Assembly (NCBI RefSeq): GCF_028368995.1
Contig: NZ_JAQNDL010000003.1
Location: 352,001-416,000 of the forward strand
Source of the DNA: Nannocystis bainbridge
GTDB taxonomy: Bacteria > Myxococcota_A > Polyangia > Nannocystales > Nannocystaceae
Direction: 5' to 3'
Length of the DNA stretch: 64,000 bases
Shown piece by piece: positions 57,290 to 64,000 of the stretch. The stretch's first letter is position 1; every line of letters begins with the position of its first letter. Below the pieces are notes generated by a model. It ran no database searches and was not told the origin of the DNA. It was given only the letters and a program-made list of their open reading frames with translations. Both the position numbers and the translations under genes were made by a program.

Positions 57290-59218
57290 GCGGCGCCGCA
57301 TCGCCCAGGCCAGCGCGGCCAATCCTCGCCCTCGCTTCACCTGCCCGATGAGCCAGGCGAAGCGCACGCGACCTCTGCCGCCCTTCCGCCCCCTGCGCCC
57401 GATCCTCACCACCTCGCCCGTCGCCGCCTCTTGCAGCTCGCCGGCGCCGCAGGGCTCGGCCTCTATCTATCCCCGAGGACAGCTCGCGCCGACACCAAGT
57501 CGCGCATCGTCGCCGAGATTGATCGCGAACGGGTCGAGGTCGGCGAGGCCTTCGAGCTCACCGTCCAGGTCGACAGCGAAGGCGAGCGCGGCGCCGAGGT
57601 CCCCGAGCCAGTGCTGCCCGACATGACGGCTCTCGGCCTGCAGATCGTCGGCATGCCGGCCAACTACCGCAGCACCAGCAGCTCGTTCAGCTTCGGCACC
57701 GGCCGCGGCTCGACGATGACGACCCGCACGACTCAGACCAGCGTCTACACCCTCATCGCCAGCAAACCCGGCCGCATCGAGCTGCCGGTGCACATCCTGG
57801 AGGGCAAGACGAAGGTGACGCCGCCGCGGATCCCGGCGATCGAGGTCACCGGCCAGGCCGCCCCGACCGAGCCGGTCCCGGCGGCCGCCGACGGCCCGAC
57901 CGAGCCGCAGGGCGACATCTTCCTGTGGACCCGCCTCGACAAGCCGACCCTGTTCGTCGGCGAACAGCTGACGTACACGCTCGAGATCTACGAGCGCCTG
58001 CCCTTCCTGCAGATCCAGCTGCGTCAGTTGCCGGGCTTCCAGGACTTTTGGAGCGAGGAGCTGCCTCAGGGCCAGATGCGCCAGGCGGTCGTCGGCAACA
58101 CCGCCTACCGCGTCCACCCCGGGCTCCGGCGGGCCCTGTTTCCCCAGCGCGCCGGCACCCTCACCCTCTCGCCCGCCGAAGTCGGCATCGGCATGCGCCG
58201 CCGGATCACCGGCCGTCCCGTCACCGTCGAGGTCAAGCCGCTGCCCGCCGGCGCCCCCGCCGGCTTCTCGCCCAACAACGTCGGCGTGTACTCCATCCGC
58301 GCCGAAGCCGACCGCACCAACATCAAGGTCGGCGAGCCCTTTACGCTCACCGTCGCCATTCAGGGCACCGGCAACATCCGCGTCATCGACCCGGGCGCCT
58401 GGCCCGAGATGCCCGGCCTGCGCCGCTACGAGCCCAAGATCGAGACCGACGTGACCACCGGCGCGCAGCTCGGCGGCGAACGGCGCTACGCCTTCCTCGT
58501 CATCCCCGAGCGCGGCGGTACGCTGACCGTCCCACCGCACACGTTCCACTACTTCGATCCGGCCAGCGAGAGCTACCAGACCGCCACCAGCGCCCCGATC
58601 GAGCTCACCGTCGCCGGCGATCCGAACGCCGCCCCGACGCTCGCCAGCGACGCTCCGCCGCCCGCCGCCGCCGAGGAGGAGGGCATCCTGGCGCCGATCG
58701 TCGAGCCGGCCGCGTTGCCGCGGGCGACGCCGTCGCCCTCGTGGCTCACACCGTCGCGCTGGGCCTGGGCCATGGCGGGAGCGCCCGTGCTCCTGGCTCT
58801 CGGGACAGCTGCTTCCGCGCTTTGGCGCCGGCTCGGCCCCGACGAACACAGCCGGGCCGCCGCCGCCAGAGCCGCCAAACAGCGCGAGCTGCTGGCCCAG
58901 GCCGAACGCGGACTCGGCACCGGCGAGGGCTTCTATCCCGCCCTCGCCCAGCTGCTTCAAGCTGCCGCGATCGATCGCGCCGGCCCCGAGGGCGAAGGCC
59001 TGCCCCGTCACGCCCTGCTCGCCTTGCTGGCCGGCAAGGGCGTCTCCTCCGCCGACTGCGAGCGCTTGCGAGACCTGCTCGATCGCTGCGACGCCGCCCG
59101 GTTCGGCGCCCGCGGCGAATCTGCCAGCGAGCGGGAGGTCGCCCTCCAGGCCGCACGCGAGCTCCTGCACAGCTCGGCCGCCTTGAAGCCGGGCTCGCCC
59201 GCACGACCGCCCTCGTGA
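57284..59218 (+). CDS. batD: BatD family protein
   Basis: Repeated Ig-like modules (VEVGEAFELTV, FVGEQLTYTL, KVGEPFTLTV..GTGN, YFDP), TM segment, CDAARFG; start uncertain. Confidence 0.85.
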   Translation: MTAAPHRPGQRGQSSPSLHLPDEPGEAHATSAALPPPAPDPHHLARRRLLQLAGAAGLGLYLSPRTARADTKSRIVAEIDRERVEVGEAFELTVQVDSEGERGAEVPEPVLPDMTALGLQIVGMPANYRSTSSSFSFGTGRGSTMTTRTTQTSVYTLIASKPGRIELPVHILEGKTKVTPPRIPAIEVTGQAAPTEPVPAAADGPTEPQGDIFLWTRLDKPTLFVGEQLTYTLEIYERLPFLQIQLRQLPGFQDFWSEELPQGQMRQAVVGNTAYRVHPGLRRALFPQRAGTLTLSPAEVGIGMRRRITGRPVTVEVKPLPAGAPAGFSPNNVGVYSIRAEADRTNIKVGEPFTLTVAIQGTGNIRVIDPGAWPEMPGLRRYEPKIETDVTTGAQLGGERRYAFLVIPERGGTLTVPPHTFHYFDPASESYQTATSAPIELTVAGDPNAAPTLASDAPPPAAAEEEGILAPIVEPAALPRATPSPSWLTPSRWAWAMAGAPVLLALGTAASALWRRLGPDEHSRAAAARAAKQRELLAQAERGLGTGEGFYPALAQLLQAAAIDRAGPEGEGLPRHALLALLAGKGVSSADCERLRDLLDRCDAARFGARGESASEREVALQAARELLHSSAALKPGSPARPPS

Positions 59219-59398
59219 GCCACCCGCCCCCGGTCGTGCCGGTCGGCCTCCCCCCGACACCCGCGGGCCCTCGCGCTCGCCCGCAGCCTGCCGTCCTCCG
59301 AGGCTCTCCTGAACCGCCCTGACCCCGCCTCCTCGCCCGACCGAACCCAGGACTCGTCCCCGCCTCCGCCGCGCGACCGACCCCGCTCGACAGAACTC

Positions 59399-60232
59399 AT
59401 GACCCGCATGCGAATCCGCGCGCTCTCGATCTTCGCCCTGTTCGCGCTCACGGCCGCCTCTGCGCGCGCCGACGTGGTCGACGACGCCTTCGCGCGCGGC
59501 AACGCCCTGGCGGCCGCGCGCGACTATGCAGGCGCCGTGCGGGCGTACGAGGACGCCGAGGCGCTGCTGCCCGGCCGCAGCGCCGCCCTGTCGTTCAACC
59601 TCGGCACCGCGTATGCGCAGCTCGGCGAGCTCGGTGCCGCGACGTATCACCTGCGCCGCGCCCTGCAGCCGCAAGCCGAGGCCAGCGTCGACATCGCCGA
59701 GGCCGCGCGCCGCAACCTCGGCGTGGTCCGGCAACGAGCCGAGGTCGCCGCCACCGCCGCCAACCTCCAGATCGATCGACCCGAGACGTGGCGCGACGCG
59801 GCCCTGTCGGCCCTCCGCTCGCCCGCGTTCGGCTGGTTGTCGGTCATCGCCGGCTGGCTGGCGCTGCTGTTGTGGATCACCCGGGCCCGCTACCGCGAAG
59901 CTGCCCGCAGCGCCCTCGCCGGTCTCGCCGCGGTCCTGGCCGCGCTCTATCTGGTGATCGGCGGCCTCCACGGCTACGCGCTGCGCACCGAACTCGGCGC
60001 CCCGCAAGCGATCGCGCTGCCGGCCAAGCTCGAGGTCCGCGAAGGCCCAGGTATTCACCGCAAGACCGTCTTCACCGTGCAGGGCGGGAGCCGTCTGAGC
60101 CTCGTCGAGCGCGGCGCCGGTTGGGGTCGTGTCCGTCTGCCCGGCGGGCTCGAAGGTTGGGCGCCGCTGTCGGGCCTCGGCGAACTCGCTGCGCCGCCAC
60201 GCCGCCTGGCCAGCGAACCATCGTCGCCGTGA
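59399..60232 (+). CDS. batE: BatE-like TPR-TM-SH3 protein
   Basis: FARGN..Y..A, FNLGTAY, ARRNL, two TMs, VREGPG..GWGRVRLPGGLEGW (SH3b). Confidence 0.88.
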   Translation: MTRMRIRALSIFALFALTAASARADVVDDAFARGNALAAARDYAGAVRAYEDAEALLPGRSAALSFNLGTAYAQLGELGAATYHLRRALQPQAEASVDIAEAARRNLGVVRQRAEVAATAANLQIDRPETWRDAALSALRSPAFGWLSVIAGWLALLLWITRARYREAARSALAGLAAVLAALYLVIGGLHGYALRTELGAPQAIALPAKLEVREGPGIHRKTVFTVQGGSRLSLVERGAGWGRVRLPGGLEGWAPLSGLGELAAPPRRLASEPSSP

Positions 60233-60443
60233 AGCTCTTGCGCTATCGCCCGCGTTCGCGTCCATTCGCAGCGTACAGCCGTCCGATCGCAGCGACGCTT
60301 GCAGACCTGCCTTCGCCCGGAGTGTGACCGTCGCCCGAACATCGTGGAGCGACTGCCGCCCGCGCGCTCCGCGTGTCGCCCGCCGCGTCCGGGTCGAAAA
60401 TGGGCGTAGCGTTTTTTCACTGCCACGATACTGTAAACGTGTC

Positions 60444-60752
60444 GTGCTCGCGGTCCTCGCCACCAAGATTCGCAGCAACGGTGAAGGGTCGGTCGTAACC
60501 GCCATCAAGAAGCCATACGAGGGCTTTCTGATCAGCGAGCCGATGGTCGGGCGAGGCATGGTGATCTTCCGCGACCCCAATGGCCGTCGCATGGTGACGA
60601 CCGTGGTGCGCAGGATCTTGACCACCGCCGAGACCGAGGGCCGCGAGGACCCGCGCGAGCGCCGGCTGATGTACGTCGAGACCGAAAACTCCGTGTATCG
60701 GCTGGCCTTCCTCGACGCCTCGCGCCACGCCGCCTCCGCCGCCAGCGGCTGA
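60444..60752 (+). CDS. Small hypothetical protein
   Basis: Protein-like C-terminal part of ORF 60129-60752 (EGFLISEPMVG..MVTTVVRRI..YVETENSVYRL); start estimated. Confidence 0.6.
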   Translation: MLAVLATKIRSNGEGSVVTAIKKPYEGFLISEPMVGRGMVIFRDPNGRRMVTTVVRRILTTAETEGREDPRERRLMYVETENSVYRLAFLDASRHAASAASG

Positions 60753-61109
60753 ACCCCGCCCCTGGCAGCTCGCCGGCGCCTCGCCCGAGCGAAGGTCCGC
60801 TCGCTCTCGCAGCCCGAGCTGCGACGGAGCGCAGCCGAGGCGCTCACGATGCCGGCTCCTCTGCGGCCTTCGCCGCGACCAGACTCGCGCTCGTCGGGCC
60901 GCTCGAATCACCCGTCGCTGAACTCGCCCGCGAGCCGCTGTCGGTATCGCCATGCGCCGCCGGCCCACCCAGCGTCATGGACCCGAGGATTGTCGATACA
61001 CCGATCGTCTGAACCATCGCTCGCCAGGCTACTCGCTCCGCGACGCCGCGCAATGGACGACTCGAGTTGGTGCTCACGAACTCCAGTGGGGTATCCGCGG
61101 CCGAGCACA

Positions 61110-61147
61110 GAGCATGTCCCATCGAACATGTCCTCACAGACATGCGA
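61110..61147. repeat. 14-bp-period array (3 units)
   Basis: CATG 61113, 61127, 61141. Confidence 0.85.
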
Positions 61148-61341
61148 TGATCATGCCAGCCCACGCGCACGCTGCAAGACACAACCGAGCTTGGGGCTCA
61201 CCAACTCCGCTTGCGAGTTTGCCTCACGCCGGTGCCCACGAAAAAGCACTGGTTCGAGATCCACCGCCAGCTACATCTCTCGTCACCATGCTCGAAGCCA
61301 TCGCTCCACGAGCCGACCCCGCGACGCCCGAGGCCTGCCCG

Positions 61342-62460
61342 TCACCCGGGGATGTCGGCCGCGAACTCGAGCACCACTGTCTCCGCCGGCATCGCCGACG
61401 ACGGGGCCACCAACGATCCGATCGTCCACCCCTGCCCGCCGCTGGCCCGCAGGGCCTCGACCAGCGCCGCAGCCCGCTCAGCGGGCACGGTGAGCAGCAG
61501 CCCGCCGCTGGTCTGGGCGTCGGCGGCGAGGATGGTCCGCAGCGGTTCTTCGCGGCCCTCGACGACCAGGTTCGGCCGCACGAACGCCAGGTTGGCCTTC
61601 GAGCCGCCCGGGACGCGTCCGGCCGCCGCGTGGCCGAGCGCCCCGGGCAACGCGGGCAACGCCGCCATGTCGAGGCGCGCCGCCAGCTGCGACCCGCGGA
61701 GGATGTTGCGCAAGTGCCCGAGCAGGCCGAAGCCGGTCACGTCGGTACAAGCGGTCACGCCGAAGCCGCGCGCGATCGCCAGCGCCGGGCCGTTCAGCGT
61801 CGTCATGCTGGCGATCGCCGCGGCCATTTCGCCCGCCTCCGCCTGCCCCTGCTTGATCGCCTGGGCGATGAAGCCGGTCCCCAGCGCCTTGGTCAGCACC
61901 AGCGCCTGTCCTTCGCGCCCTGTCCGATTCGACAGGACCTCCGAGACAGCCACCTCGCCCGTCACGCTGAGCCCGAATTTGAGCTCCCCGTCGCGGACGG
62001 TATGGCCGCCGACCACCGCCACGCCGGCGCGGCTGCAGGCCCGCGCCGCGCCGCGCAGGATCGCCTGCAGCACCGACAGCGGCAGCTTGTCGTCGGGGAA
62101 GCCGACGATGTTGAGGGCGAACAGCGGGCGCCCGCCCATCGCGTAGACGTCCGACAGCGCGTTGCAGGCGGCGATCTCGCCGAACGTCTCGGGGTCGTCG
62201 ACCAGCGGCGCGATGACGTCGACGGTCAGCACGGTCGCCCGCGTCGGGTCGTCGCCGACGCGCACGACCGCCGCGTCGTCGGCGAACTCCGTGCCGACGA
62301 TGACCCGCGCGTCACCCCGTTCTTCGGGCGGGGGCATGCCCTCCAGGACCTGAACCAGGTCACCCAGCCGCAGCTTGGCGGCTCAACCTCCGCCGCGGGC
62401 AAACTCGGTCAAGCGGAGCGGTCGGGGGGCATCGCGCGGATCGTCGGGCTCGCTGCTCAT
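61342..62460 (-). CDS. selD: Selenide, water dikinase; selenoprotein with in-frame UGA (Sec26)
   Basis: [17 protein letters not shown] continues in frame into [48 protein letters not shown]; UGA at 62383-62385. Confidence 0.93.
61902..61953. repeat. 14-bp-period array (4 units) inside selD
   Basis: CCTG 61905, CCTG 61919, CAGG 61933, CAGC 61947. Confidence 0.7.
62347..62382 (-). promoter_or_regulatory. Putative bacterial SECIS element of selD
   Basis: After UGA: GCCGC-caagct-GCGGC, then GACCTG-GTT-CAGGTC hairpin with its loop G 28 nt downstream of the UGA. Confidence 0.65.
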
Positions 62461-62505
62461 GCACGAGCAGTGTATCGCAGACCCCGGGCCGCTACACTGC
62501 GGCGC

Positions 62506-64000
62506 ATGGCCAAGCCCGTGCGTGACCTGGTCCTCGGGACCGCCGGCCACATCGACCACGGCAAGACCGCCCTGGTCCGCGCCCTCACCGGCGTCGACAC
62601 CGATCGCCTGCCCGAGGAGAAGCGCCGCGGGATCACCATCGACCTCGGCTTCGCCGCCTGGCAGCTCGGCCCCGGCCTGGTCGCCAGCATCGTCGACGTG
62701 CCCGGTCACGAGGCCTTCGTCCGCACCATGGTCGCGGGCGCCGGCGGGGTCGACGCCGTGCTCCTGGTCGTCTCGGCCGAGGAGGGCGTGATGCCGCAGA
62801 CGCGCGAGCATCTGCTCGTCTGCCGCCTCCTCGGCATCACCCACGGCGTGGTCGCCCTCAGCAAGGTCGATCGCCTGAACGGCGACGACGAGGCCCTCGC
62901 GCTGGCTGAAGCCGACGTGCGCGCCGCCCTCGAGGAGCTGGCCCCGGGCCTCGCCGCCGCCCCGATCCTGCCCTGTTCGGCGCACACCGGCGCCGGCATC
63001 TCCGAGCTCTCCGCCGCCGTCCGTCGCGTCGCCGCGGCGCTGCCCGCCCGCCCCACGCGTGACCGCCCGATCCTCCCGATCGATCGCTGCTTCGTCCTCA
63101 AGGGCCACGGCACCGTCGTCACCGGCACCTTGCTCTCGGGCCAGCTCGAGATCGCCGCCGATCCCTACCTCACCCTCGTCCCTGGCGAGCAGCGCCCGGT
63201 CCGCCCGCTGCGGGCCCGCGCCCTGCATGTTCGCGGGGCCGCGGCCACGCGCGTGCCGGCGGGCGCGCGCGCGGCGGTCAACCTCGGCGGGGTCGCGGTC
63301 GCCGAGTTGGCCCGCGGCGACGTGCTCACCCGCGGTCACCGGGTCGTCGCCGCGGCGGCCGTCCACGTCCTCCTCGAGCACCTGCCGCACGACACCCGCA
63401 CCTGGCGCAGCGGCACCAGCGTCCAGGTCTGCGCCGGCACCGCGCACACCACCGGTCGCCTCGATCCCCTGGGTCCGCGGGACGGCGACGAAGATGCCCC
63501 GAAGACCATGTCCATTCCGCCAGGTGCTTCGGCGCTGGTGCGGATCCGCCTCGACGCTCCTCTGCCCGCCTGGCACGGCCAGCGGCTGGTCCTCCGCAGC
63601 CAGGGCGGCGACCTCGTCCACGGCCATACGTGCGGCGGCGGCGTCGTCGTCGACCCCGGGCCTCGCCCGGGCCGGGGCCAGCGGAGCCGCTGGCTGCGGG
63701 TCGCTCGCGCCCTCGCGGGATCGGACCTGCGCGCCCGCGTGACCGCGCTGCTGGCCGATGCCGGCGCCCTCGCCATCTCGCGCGACGAGCTCGAGCTGCG
63801 GGCCGGTACGCACGATCTCGATGCTGTCCTTTCAGACATGTGCCAGAGCACCGACGCCGTGCGGCTCGGCGACAGCCGACACGTCGCCGCCGCCGTGCTG
63901 CCCGAGCTGGCCGCCGCTGCCGTCGCCGTCGCCGTGCGGTTCCAGGCCGCCCACCCCGACCGCCCCGGTCTGTCGCGCGCCGCCTTGCTCGGCGGCCTGC
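62506..64000 (+). CDS. selB: Selenocysteine-specific elongation factor (partial, runs off the window)
   Basis: Read directly, absent from the ORF track: [80 protein letters not shown]. Confidence 0.95.
   Translation, partial: MAKPVRDLVLGTAGHIDHGKTALVRALTGVDTDRLPEEKRRGITIDLGFAAWQLGPGLVASIVDVPGHEAFVRTMVAGAGGVDAVLLVVSAEEGVMPQTREHLLVCRLLGITHGVVALSKVDRLNGDDEALALAEADVRAALEELAPGLAAAPILPCSAHTGAGISELSAAVRRVAAALPARPTRDRPILPIDRCFVLKGHGTVVTGTLLSGQLEIAADPYLTLVPGEQRPVRPLRARALHVRGAAATRVPAGARAAVNLGGVAVAELARGDVLTRGHRVVAAAAVHVLLEHLPHDTRTWRSGTSVQVCAGTAHTTGRLDPLGPRDGDEDAPKTMSIPPGASALVRIRLDAPLPAWHGQRLVLRSQGGDLVHGHTCGGGVVVDPGPRPGRGQRSRWLRVARALAGSDLRARVTALLADAGALAISRDELELRAGTHDLDAVLSDMCQSTDAVRLGDSRHVAAAVLPELAAAAVAVAVRFQAAHPDRPGLSRAALLGGL

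Noticed and set aside
61245-61270. ggttcgagatccaccgcca as a tRNA (selC) 3' end
   Set aside because: T-arm geometry is wrong and no acceptor, D or anticodon arms or TCA anticodon loop were found upstream
61342-62460. selD as a pseudogene with a premature stop
   Set aside because: The TGA falls at the catalytic Cys/Sec position, a SECIS-like hairpin follows, and selB is adjacent

Overview
Very GC-rich, gene-dense chromosomal window. Gene content (a MYXO-CTERM protein, Cys-rich and VWA lipoproteins, a Bat operon) points to a myxobacterium, probably Nannocystaceae; this is inference. It carries about 55 CDSs, mostly core genes: adk, pssA-like, sucA-sucB-lpdA, a LeuA-family synthase, 2-oxoacid:ferredoxin oxidoreductase alpha/beta, ychF, glutaryl-CoA dehydrogenase, sspB, tcdA, two ArsA/Get3-like ATPases, map, TetR plus P450, gpmI, RlmI-like methyltransferase, HtrA, the moxR-DUF58-batABCDE operon, and divergent selD/selB. 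No rRNA, tRNA, transposase, integrase or CRISPR array was recognised. The most striking unexplained feature is a recurring family of arrays with an exact 14-bp period. The unit is about TGTCC-N4-GGACA, equivalently GGACATGTCC plus a 4-bp spacer, with CATG/CAGG/CCTG cores. More than 20 such arrays occur, mostly just after stop codons, but also over start codons and inside conserved enzyme genes. Also notable: selD has an in-frame UGA (Sec) with a SECIS-like hairpin that the ORF track misses; three genes have tandem duplications of their own 3' ends; and several proteins look like degenerate pseudo-enzymes. All product calls come from motif recognition by eye, and starts not matching the ORF track are my estimates.
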